Shown here one piece after another: positions 12,914 to 21,036 of a DNA stretch of 40,707 bases; position 1 is the stretch's first letter; every line of letters starts with the position of its first letter. The stretch comes from Solirubrobacteraceae bacterium (GTDB lineage Bacteria; Actinomycetota; Thermoleophilia; Solirubrobacterales; Solirubrobacteraceae). The translations under genes and the position numbers were made by a program. Location: the NCBI GenBank assembly GCA_052147875.1, contig JBKQJQ010000297.1, positions 1-40,707 on the forward strand. The letters run 5' to 3'. The notes under the pieces are model-generated. The model was not told the DNA's origin and did not search any database. It worked only from the letters and a program-made list of their open reading frames with translations.

Positions 12914-14664
12914 GGGATCGCTTCCTCGCCTTCCTCTACGAGCTGGAACCAGTAGAAGCCGCGCGGGGCGAGCGTCAACAGATAGGAGAGCTGGCCGATC
13001 TTGGGAAAGCGCGAGCGACCGAACAACTCGACCGGGTAACGGTCGGCGTAATCGCTGAGGTCGAGCTCGACCGCCTGCGCCGAGCGCGCGAGGTTGTGAA
13101 CGCACAGCACGTAGTCGTCCTCGAAGCGCCGGATGACCGCGAAGATCCGCGGGTTGGAGGTCTCGATCGGCTCGTAGGTGCCGAAGCCAAACACGGGATG
13201 CTCCTTGCGCAGCGCGATGAAGCGGTGCATCCAGCGCAGCAGCGAGGTCGGGATCCGCAGCTGCGCCTCGACGTTGACCGCCTGAAACCCGAACACCGGG
13301 TCCATCAGCGGCGGCGCATACAGCTGCGCGAAATCAGCACGCGAGAAGCCACCGTTGCGATCCCCGGTCCACTGCATCGGCGTGCGGACGCCGTCGCGGT
13401 CGCCGAGGAAGATGTTGTCTCCCATCGCGATCTCATCACCGTAGTAGAGAACGGGCGAGCCCGGCAGCGAGAACAGGATCGCGGTCATCAGCTCGATCTC
13501 GTCGCGGCCGTTGTCGAGCAGCGGCGCGAGCCGCCGGCGGATCCCGAGGTTGATCTTCATCCGCGGGTCCTTGGCGTATTCCGCGTACATATAGTCGCGT
13601 TCCTCGTCGGTGACCATCTCGAGCGTCAGCTCGTCGTGATTGCGCAGGAACAGACCCCACTGGCAGCTGTCGGGGATCGCCGGCGTCGAGGCGAGGATCT
13701 CGTAGATCGGCGCCGCCTCCTCGCGGCGGACGGCCATGAACATCCGCGGCATGACCGGGAAGTGGAAGCACATCTGGCATTCGTCGCCGTCGCCGAAGTA
13801 CTCGACCACGTCGCCGGGCCATTGATTGGCCTCGGCGAGCAGCACGCGATCGGGGTACTCGTCCCCCATCACCCGCCGTACGCGCTTGAGGTAGGCGTGG
13901 GTCTCGGCCAGGTTCTCGCAGATCGTGCCCTCGCGCTCGTACAGGTACGGCACCGCGTCGAGGCGGAAGCCGTCGAGCCCGAGGTCGAGCCAGAAGCGCA
14001 GCACGTCGAGCATCGCATCGCCGACCTCGGGATTGTCGTAGTTGAGGTCGGGCTGGTGAGAGAAGAACCGATGCCAGTAGTAGGCGCCGGCGACCGGGTC
14101 ATAGGTCCAGTTGGAGACCTCCGTGTCGGTGAAAATGATCCGCGCGTCCCTGTAGCGGTCATCGGTGTCAGACCACACGTACCAGTTGCGCTTCGGCGAG
14201 TCGGGACTCGATCGCGACTCCACAAACCACGGATGGTCCGACGAGGTGTGGTTCATGACGAGGTCGGCGATCACCCGGATCCGGCGCGCGTGCGCGGCTT
14301 CGATCAGCTCCCGCACGTCGTCGACGGTGCCGTAGTCGGGGTGCACCTTGCTGAAGTCCGAGATGTCGTAGCCGCCGTCGCGCAGCGGCGATTCGTAGAA
14401 CGGCAGCAACCAGATGCAATCGATCCCGAGCCACTGCAGGTAGTCGAGCTTCTCCGTCAGCCCGCGGAAGTCGCCTGAGCCGTCGCCGTTAGCGTCGAAG
14501 AAGCCGCGGATGTGGATCTCGTAGAAGACCGCGCGCTTGAACCACAGCGGCTCGGCCTCGAACCACTGGCGTGCCTGAGCCTGGGCCTGGGCCTGCGCGT
14601 CGGCGGAGCTAGGGCGCGACTCCCGCGCCAGCAGGTGGGTGAGGGTGGGCGGTCCCACACTCAT
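12910..14664 (-). CDS. treS: trehalose synthase / maltose alpha-D-glucosyltransferase
   Basis: [48 protein letters not shown] and [10 protein letters not shown] motifs. Low-complexity N-terminal extension. Confidence 0.96.
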
Positions 14665-14781
14665 CGGCGCTCACCATCCGGGTTCGCTTCAAAGGCGATG
14701 GCGTGGGTCATCCGGCTGCTCATCGGCGCTCACCATCCGGGTTCGCGTCAAAGGCGATGGCGTGAGTCATCTGGCTGCTCA
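14660..14781 (-). repeat. two tandem 59-bp units (plus a terminal TGAG) at the glgE/treS start-stop overlap
   Basis: Units 14660-14718 and 14719-14777 are 56/59 identical. Minus-strand TGAG occurs three times at 59-bp spacing. Imperfect internal hairpin CCATC...GATGG. Confidence 0.93.
14661..14723 (-). CDS. putative 20-aa mini-ORF 2 ([20 protein letters not shown])
   Basis: ATG preceded by SD-like GGTGAG and overlapping the mini-ORF 1 stop. Its TGA overlaps the treS ATG (ATGA). Confidence 0.55.
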   Translation of the reverse strand: MSSRMTHAIAFEANPDGERR

Positions 14782-14782
14782 A
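14720..14782 (-). CDS. putative 20-aa mini-ORF 1 ([20 protein letters not shown])
   Basis: TTG start overlaps the glgE TGA, and its own TGA overlaps the ATG of mini-ORF 2. Translation is inferred, not shown. Confidence 0.5.
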   Translation of the reverse strand: MSSQMTHAIAFDANPDGERR

Positions 14783-16755
14783 CGTTCCACGCGCAGGATG
14801 TGGGCCTGCCGGATGCCGGGCGTGAGTCCGACGAAGTTGGGGCCGATCCGCCATTGGTAGCGCTCATCGGACAGCAGGTCGTGGACGGTGAAGCTCGGGG
14901 CCAGGCCGAGGCTTGCCGGGACCACGGCGACGCCCTGCTGAGGCTGATGCGGATCGATGTTGACGACGCAGATCAAGGTCTCGCCGCCTTCCTGCTTGGC
15001 GTACGCGATCAGCGCCTCGTTCGACGTATCGAGGAACGTGATGTTCGAGAGCCGCGCAAACGGCCGGTGCTCGCGCCTGATCTGGTTCAGTCGCGCGAGC
15101 AGCGGAAGTAGTTCGCCGTCGAGCGAGCGCTGCTTGAGCTCGTACTTCTCCGAGTTGAGGTACTCCTCGGAGCCCTCGCGGACGGGGACGTTCTCGATCT
15201 TCTCGAAGCCGGAATAGATCCCGTAGCTCGGGCTCAGCGTCGCGGCGAGCACCGCCCGCGCCTCGAACGCCGGCCGGCCACCGTGCTGGAGATACGCGTG
15301 CAGGATGTCCGGCGTGTTGGCGAAGAAGTTGGGGCGGAAGTACTCCTGCTCGCCGGAGTAGGCGAGCTCCGAGACGTACTCGGTCAGCTCCCAGCGGGCG
15401 GTCTTCCAGGTGAAGTACGTGTACGACTGGCTGAAGCCGATCTTGCCAAGGTGGCGCATCACGCTGCGCTTCGTGAACGCCTCGGCGAGGAGGATCACGT
15501 CGCGGTCGCGCGCGTGGACCTGCTCGATCAGCCAGGACCAGAACGCGAACGGCTTCGTATGCGGGTTGTCGACCCGGAACACCTTCACGCCGCAGTCGAC
15601 CCACAGCAGCATCACCTCGAGCAAGGCATCCCACAGCGAGCGCCAGCCGGGCGAGTCCCAATTCACGTTGTAGATGTCCTGGTAGCGCTTGGGTGGGTTC
15701 TCGGCGTACTTCAGCGTCCCGTCGGGGCGGCGGTGAAACCACTCGGGGTGCTCGGTCAGCCACGGGTGATCGGCCGAGCATTGGATCGCGAAGTCGAGCG
15801 CGATGTCGATCTTGTGGCGCTGCGCCGCCTTGGTCAGGGCCCGCAGGTCAGCGATCGTGCCGAGCTCGGCGTGGACCGCGTCGTGGCCGCCCGAGGCGTC
15901 GCCGATCGCCCACGGCGAGCCTGGATCCGATGCGGCGGCGATCAGCGAGTTGTTGGCGCCCTTGCGGTTGGTGAGCCCGATCGGGTGGATCGGTGGCAGG
16001 TAGACGACGTCGAACCCGAGCTCGGCGAGCCGCGGCAGCTGGCGCTGGACTCCCTTCAGCCCGCCCCACGAGCGCGGGAACATCTCATACCAGGCGCCGA
16101 ACCGGGCCCTGAGCCGGTCGACCTCGATTGCTCGCGGTTCGTCGAGCATCACGATGTCGCTGCGATCTGCACCCAGCTCGACCGCGGCGTGCAGCTCCTC
16201 GCCGAGCGCCATGTCGTGCTTGGCGCTGTCGGGGACCTGGGGGTCCTCGAGCTCGCGGTATGCATGTTCGATCATCGTTCGGTGAGCGTTTGAGCTGGCA
16301 CTTTCCGCCGCCCGCTTGAGCAGCACGACCCCCTCCGACAGCTCGCCCGCGAGATCGTCCTGACCCGCCGCGACCTTGCGCGCAAGCTCGTCGCGCCAGG
16401 TGCCGAACAGGTCGGTCCAGGCCTGAATCGTGTACTCCCACCGGCCGCTGCGATCGACCTCGAACTCGCCCGCCCAGCGTACGCCGCCGAGATGAGCGTC
16501 GATCCGATGCATCTCGGCCTCGTGCCACCCGGTGTCGTCCGGGCCCAGGTAGCTGATCACCGCGCGCAGCAGGTCATGCCCGTCGCGGAACACGTCGGTC
16601 TCGACCGTCACGCGGTCGCCCACACACCGCTTGACCGGGTAACGGCCATCGTCGACCGACGGCGTCGGGTACTGGATCACGATCCGCCGTGGCGGCCGGC
16701 GGGTCGGATCGGATTCGTCGACGCCGGTTGCGGCTGCGGTCGTCTGCGCGCTCAT
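14779..16755 (-). CDS. glgE: alpha-1,4-glucan:maltose-1-phosphate maltosyltransferase
   Basis: WYEMFPRS, VYLPPIHPIG, DPGSPWAIG, YAENPPKRYQDIY, FRVDNPHTKP, AEAFT and NTPDIL motifs. ATG at 16755 (MSAQTT) preferred. Confidence 0.96.
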   Translation of the reverse strand: MSAQTTAAATGVDESDPTRRPPRRIVIQYPTPSVDDGRYPVKRCVGDRVTVETDVFRDGHDLLRAVISYLGPDDTGWHEAEMHRIDAHLGGVRWAGEFEVDRSGRWEYTIQAWTDLFGTWRDELARKVAAGQDDLAGELSEGVVLLKRAAESASSNAHRTMIEHAYRELEDPQVPDSAKHDMALGEELHAAVELGADRSDIVMLDEPRAIEVDRLRARFGAWYEMFPRSWGGLKGVQRQLPRLAELGFDVVYLPPIHPIGLTNRKGANNSLIAAASDPGSPWAIGDASGGHDAVHAELGTIADLRALTKAAQRHKIDIALDFAIQCSADHPWLTEHPEWFHRRPDGTLKYAENPPKRYQDIYNVNWDSPGWRSLWDALLEVMLLWVDCGVKVFRVDNPHTKPFAFWSWLIEQVHARDRDVILLAEAFTKRSVMRHLGKIGFSQSYTYFTWKTARWELTEYVSELAYSGEQEYFRPNFFANTPDILHAYLQHGGRPAFEARAVLAATLSPSYGIYSGFEKIENVPVREGSEEYLNSEKYELKQRSLDGELLPLLARLNQIRREHRPFARLSNITFLDTSNEALIAYAKQEGGETLICVVNIDPHQPQQGVAVVPASLGLAPSFTVHDLLSDERYQWRIGPNFVGLTPGIRQAHILRVER

Positions 16756-16799
16756 CCCCGGAAGGTATCCGTCAGCGCGCATCGGGTAAACACCCGCCG
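16756..16799. promoter_or_regulatory. putative interlocked divergent SigB/SigF-type promoters for glgE and malQ
   Basis: Plus strand GGTAT-N15-GGGTAA ends 10 nt before the malQ GTG. Minus strand GTTT-N17-GGATAC ends 9 nt before the glgE ATG. Confidence 0.5.
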
Positions 16800-18041
16800 G
16801 TGAACAAGCTGTCACGTGCGAGCGGCGTCCAGCTCCACATCACCTCGCTGCCCGGCGGCCGTCTCGGTCCGGAGGCGTTCCGGTTCATCGACTGGCTGGC
16901 GGCCGCGGGGCAGTCCTGGTGGCAGGTGTTGCCGCTCGGGCCGCCGGACCGGTATCGGTCGCCGTACAAGTCCAGCTCGGCGTTCGCCACCTGGCGGGGG
17001 CTGCTCGGTTCGCCTCGCGCGCCCGTCTCGCGTACGGAGATCCTCGAGTTCGAACAGCGTCAGCGGTTCTGGATCGGCGACTGGGAACGATTCGCGGGTG
17101 GCGGCGCGATCGCCGACCAGGTGCGGTTCGAGCGCGAGTGGACCGCGCTGCGCTCGTACGGGCTCGAGCGCGGCGTGCGCCTGATGGGCGACATCGCGAT
17201 CTACGTCTCGCCCGCAAGCGCCGATCACCGCGCGCATCCGGAGCTGTTCGCCGACGGCTACGTGGCCGGCGCGCCACCCGACGCGTACGCGACCGAGGGC
17301 CAGCTGTGGGGCAACCCGCTCTACGACTGGCCGGCGCTGGAGCGGCGTGGCTACCGCTGGTGGGTCGAGCGCGTGCGGCGCACGCTCGAGCTATTCGACC
17401 TCGCGCGAATCGATCACTTCCGCGGGTTCGTCGCCTACTGGCGCGTGCCCGAGGACGCGAGCAACGCGATCGGGGGCGCGTGGCGGCGGGGGCCCGGGAG
17501 GGCGCTGTTCGACGCGCTCGCGCGCTCGCTCGGGCCCGACCTGCCGCTGGTGGCCGAGGACCTGGGCGTGATCACGCCGGCCGTGCGGCGACTTCGCGAC
17601 GAGCTCGGCCTGCCCGGGATGCTCGTCCTGCAGTTCGGCTTTGACCCGCGCGTGCCACGCAGTCCGCACCGGTTCGAGAACCACGCCGCCAACCGGGTCG
17701 TCTACACCTCAACCCACGACCAGGACACCACCCGCGGCTGGCTCGAGTCGCTGCCCGACGGCCGACGGGCGCACGTCGACCGTGAGCTTGCGCGACACGG
17801 AGTCGCCGAGCGCGAGCCGTGGTGGGGGATGATCCGGCTCGCGTTCGCCTCGCCGGCTCGGCTGGCAATGGTTCAGGCCCAGGACATCCTCGGTCTCGGA
17901 AGCGAGGCGCGGATGAACGAGCCGGCGCGTGTCGGTCGCAACTGGCGCTGGCAGATGCAGCCCGGGGCCCTGACGCCGGCGCTCGCTCGTCGGCTGCGCG
18001 CGCTGACCGCTGCTGCCGACAGGCTTCCGTCGCACGGGTAG
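16800..18041 (+). CDS. malQ: 4-alpha-glucanotransferase (GH77), compact
   Basis: GVQLHITSLPG, WQVLPLGP, SPYKSSSAFA, GAPPDAY, GQLWGNPLYDW, RIDHFRGF, AEDLG and THDQDT motifs. GTG start at 16800. Confidence 0.93.
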   Translation: MNKLSRASGVQLHITSLPGGRLGPEAFRFIDWLAAAGQSWWQVLPLGPPDRYRSPYKSSSAFATWRGLLGSPRAPVSRTEILEFEQRQRFWIGDWERFAGGGAIADQVRFEREWTALRSYGLERGVRLMGDIAIYVSPASADHRAHPELFADGYVAGAPPDAYATEGQLWGNPLYDWPALERRGYRWWVERVRRTLELFDLARIDHFRGFVAYWRVPEDASNAIGGAWRRGPGRALFDALARSLGPDLPLVAEDLGVITPAVRRLRDELGLPGMLVLQFGFDPRVPRSPHRFENHAANRVVYTSTHDQDTTRGWLESLPDGRRAHVDRELARHGVAEREPWWGMIRLAFASPARLAMVQAQDILGLGSEARMNEPARVGRNWRWQMQPGALTPALARRLRALTAAADRLPSHG

Positions 18042-18061
18042 GATGGCGACGGGGGCCTGCG

Positions 18062-18607
18062 GTGACCGCTTCAGAACACGACGGCTTGGTGATCGATCCC
18101 GCCACGCTCGAGCGGCTGGCGGCTTCCCCGGGCCCGCTGTCGCCGGAGGAGTGCATGGCGCGGGCCGAGCAGGCAGCAACGGCGCTTGACGTCGCGGTGC
18201 TTGACCGCGTAGGTGGAGGCGACGCGCTGCTGCTATGGAACAGCGACAGCTCGGAGGCGTGGCTGAACCTCTGGTGGCGAGAGCGCGACACCGGCTATCA
18301 CGACCACGACGGATCGTGCGTCGGCGTGTACGTGATCGAGGGCGTCGCACGCAACGAACCGCTCGTCTACGGGCAGCCGCGCCGGGTGCGCGAGTACACC
18401 GCCGGCGACCGGTTCGCTTTCCCCGGCACCGGAATCCACCGGATGGAGCACGACGCGGGCGCGGTCACGATCCATGTCTACTCGCCGCCTATCAGGTCGA
18501 TCGGCCACTACGAGATCGAGGACGGCGAGCTGCGTCGCCTACCCCGTCCGCCGGATCAGCCATCTCAATCCAGCCCGCAGCTGCTGGCGGCGCTGGCGCG
18601 CAGTTGA
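18062..18607 (+). CDS. cysteine/thiol dioxygenase-family cupin
   Basis: W..RDTGYHDHDGS, IHRM and TIHVYSPP give the 3-His metal site plus H-x-Y. Start position is approximate. Confidence 0.78.
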   Translation: MTASEHDGLVIDPATLERLAASPGPLSPEECMARAEQAATALDVAVLDRVGGGDALLLWNSDSSEAWLNLWWRERDTGYHDHDGSCVGVYVIEGVARNEPLVYGQPRRVREYTAGDRFAFPGTGIHRMEHDAGAVTIHVYSPPIRSIGHYEIEDGELRRLPRPPDQPSQSSPQLLAALARS

Positions 18608-20250
18608 CTCGCATCCTCCGGATCTTGCTCGCGCTGTGCGCGGCGCTCGTGGTCGCGCTGGCGGCGGCCGGCGGCGCCGGTGCCGCCGGCGGCGGTTGGG
18701 GGAGAGCGGGGATCGTGCGCGCGCCCGGCGGGCCTTGGCTGACCGATGCGTTCGGTCGCCGGCTGCAGCTGCACGGTGTCGACCTGGTTGCCAAGTGCGG
18801 CGGCGGCGCGGTGCCGACCAGCGCCCCCGGGAGCCCATGTGTGGGCCCTGCGCGCGGCCCGCAGCCGGCGTTCGTGTTGTCTCCGACGGCCTCTGACCGG
18901 GGCCGCCGGTTCACGGCCGCCGACGCGGCGACGCTTTTTCGCCTCGGGTTCAACGTCGTGCGTCTCGGGATTATCTGGGAGGGGCTTGAGCCGGGGCCGA
19001 AGGGGGTGGCGCCCAACGACCCCGTGTACTGCGGCGCGCACGCGGCCGGTACGCCATTCCCACACCTCGGCGCCGCCGATCCGCTCAACGCCGCGGTCCT
19101 GAACGCCTACCTCAAGCGCACCGATCGGATCGTCGCGCTGCTCGCGCACGCCGGGATCCGGGTGATCCTCGACATGCACCAGGACGCCTGGGGGTCAGCA
19201 TTCTCGAATCGCACTAGCCCGGCGTCGTGGAACGGCGAGGGCGCGCCGCCGTGGGCGACCTGCACCGGCGGCGCCAAGTTCAACGCCCCGCCGGTGTGGT
19301 CGAACGCTTACTTCGACCCGGCCGTCAAGGTGGCCGTGCACAGCTTCTTCGCGAACGACGTCCGCGGTGACCTACAGGGTCAGTTCGCCCGCGTCTGGCA
19401 GGCGGTTGCCCGCCACTACCGCAACGACCCGAACGTGATCGGCTACGAGATCTACAACGAGCCCGCGGACTTCGCGATCTCCGACTTCGACCCCGAGCTC
19501 GAGTGTGACTACGGGGGTCCGGCACATGAGCCGACATCGTGTCGGCGCAGCAGCGCGCAGGCGCTACGCGACGGCCTGATCGGCGCGATCCAGGCCGCCG
19601 ACCCCAACCACGTCGTGTTCTACGAACCGGGTGTGTTGACCGACTTCGGCCAGCGCGAGACGATCGGGATCGCCGAGCCACTGCGCTTTCGCCGCGTTGC
19701 GCTCGCGTTTCACATGTACGGCGACCCGGCTCAGCAGCTGCCGCTGATCGCGAGCGAGCGGGCGGCGACCGTCACAGAGCAGCCCGGCGGACCGCCGTCA
19801 GTGATGGACGAGTTCGGCGCTACAAACGACGCCGCGATGACCGCCACGACCGTCATCCTGGCCGGGCGATCCGACCTCTCATGGAGCTACTGGTCGGGAC
19901 TGCAACTGCACGATCCGACCGGCAGCCCCGACGAGGCGCTGATCGACCAGCGAACTCGCCGCCCGTACCCCGCCAAGGCCCGGGCGCTGGCGGTCCCGTA
20001 TGCGTCGGCAACGGCGGGAACGCCCAGAGGCGAGTCCTTCACCGGCGCCACATTTCGCTACAGCTACACGGTTGAGAGCAAGATCAGGGCGCCGACGGTG
20101 ATCGTGGTTCCGCGGCTTGCGTATCCGCACGGTTACCGGGTCCGCGTCCGCGGCGCGACCTTGACGTCCGGCGCGAACGCACCGCTGCTCGACCTGCGCT
20201 CGAAGCCGGGCGCGCGAATCGTCCAGGTCACGGTCAGCCGAAAGTCCTGA
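18604..20250 (+). CDS. secreted GH5 glycoside hydrolase (endoglycoceramidase-like)
   Basis: Signal peptide (RILRILLALCAALVVALAAAGGAGA), GFNVVRLGIIWEGLEP, ILDMHQD, acid/base YNEP, nucleophile DEFGA and a C-terminal beta domain. TTG start overlaps the upstream TGA. Confidence 0.85.
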   Translation: MTRILRILLALCAALVVALAAAGGAGAAGGGWGRAGIVRAPGGPWLTDAFGRRLQLHGVDLVAKCGGGAVPTSAPGSPCVGPARGPQPAFVLSPTASDRGRRFTAADAATLFRLGFNVVRLGIIWEGLEPGPKGVAPNDPVYCGAHAAGTPFPHLGAADPLNAAVLNAYLKRTDRIVALLAHAGIRVILDMHQDAWGSAFSNRTSPASWNGEGAPPWATCTGGAKFNAPPVWSNAYFDPAVKVAVHSFFANDVRGDLQGQFARVWQAVARHYRNDPNVIGYEIYNEPADFAISDFDPELECDYGGPAHEPTSCRRSSAQALRDGLIGAIQAADPNHVVFYEPGVLTDFGQRETIGIAEPLRFRRVALAFHMYGDPAQQLPLIASERAATVTEQPGGPPSVMDEFGATNDAAMTATTVILAGRSDLSWSYWSGLQLHDPTGSPDEALIDQRTRRPYPAKARALAVPYASATAGTPRGESFTGATFRYSYTVESKIRAPTVIVVPRLAYPHGYRVRVRGATLTSGANAPLLDLRSKPGARIVQVTVSRKS

Positions 20251-20956
20251 CTCGCGCGGCCAGACCGCCCGCGTGGAGCTTCGCGGAGCGGTATGCGTAC
20301 GTCCAGTCCCCGCGCAGGCGGCCGACGCGGGTGGTCCTGAAGCTGATCATCGACGCGGGCGCGACCCGGGTCGGCATCCCGTCACGCTCGAGCACCGCCA
20401 ACGCCCGCTCGGCGATCGCGATTTGCCCGAACGCGGTCGGGTGAACGCGGTCGGCCATGACGTGGTTGCGGGCGCCGAAATCGCTCAGGTCGACGACCAG
20501 CGCGCCGTACCGGTGCGCATTTCGCTGCACGATCGCGTTGTGCTCGCCGACCTTCGCGCCAGCCCGCGGTACTCCGAGCCCGAGCGGCGCGGTGAGCGCC
20601 AGCGTGCGCTCGCACCGGCGAGTCAGGAACATGAGCGCGCTCCGATGGTCGGCCGCGAAGGCATCGCGGTCCCAGCCGGCGACGCGGACATCGTTGACGC
20701 CGATGTATAGGCAGCCGAGTTCGTAGCGGGCGTCCGGCGCGGCGGCGCCAGCGGCTAATGCCGGGATCTGCCCGTGCACGACGTCGGACACGACCGCCCC
20801 ATCGGCGGCGTAGCTGGTGAACGGCAGGCCTAGCGCGCGCGCCACCCACAGCGCCCATGACTGCAGCGCGACGCCCCACTGCAGCTCACCGCCGCCGTTC
20901 GTGATCGAATCGCCGAACGCGAGCACGCCGAGGCGACATTCTGGACTCCGCTGCAA
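20234..20956 (-). CDS. SGNH/GDSL hydrolase
   Basis: FGDSIT (block I), IGVND (block III) and DRVHP (block V). Confidence 0.88.
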   Translation of the reverse strand: MQRSPECRLGVLAFGDSITNGGGELQWGVALQSWALWVARALGLPFTSYAADGAVVSDVVHGQIPALAAGAAAPDARYELGCLYIGVNDVRVAGWDRDAFAADHRSALMFLTRRCERTLALTAPLGLGVPRAGAKVGEHNAIVQRNAHRYGALVVDLSDFGARNHVMADRVHPTAFGQIAIAERALAVLERDGMPTRVAPASMISFRTTRVGRLRGDWTYAYRSAKLHAGGLAARVRTFG

Positions 20957-21036
20957 GGCGTTGCGAGGCTAGTACACGTGCTCAACCCAGTCGCGCGCAA
21001 CGCGTCCACGGCCTCGTTGGTCGATAATCGCAGCGC

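Noticed and set aside
14573-14598. 6-bp repeats encoding QAQAQAQA in treS as a phase-variation tract
   Set aside because: The hexamer repeat is imperfect and in frame, so it cannot switch frame. Likely a low-complexity linker.
14660-14781. CRISPR array
   Set aside because: The units are contiguous with no unique spacers, there are only two copies, and no cas genes are present.
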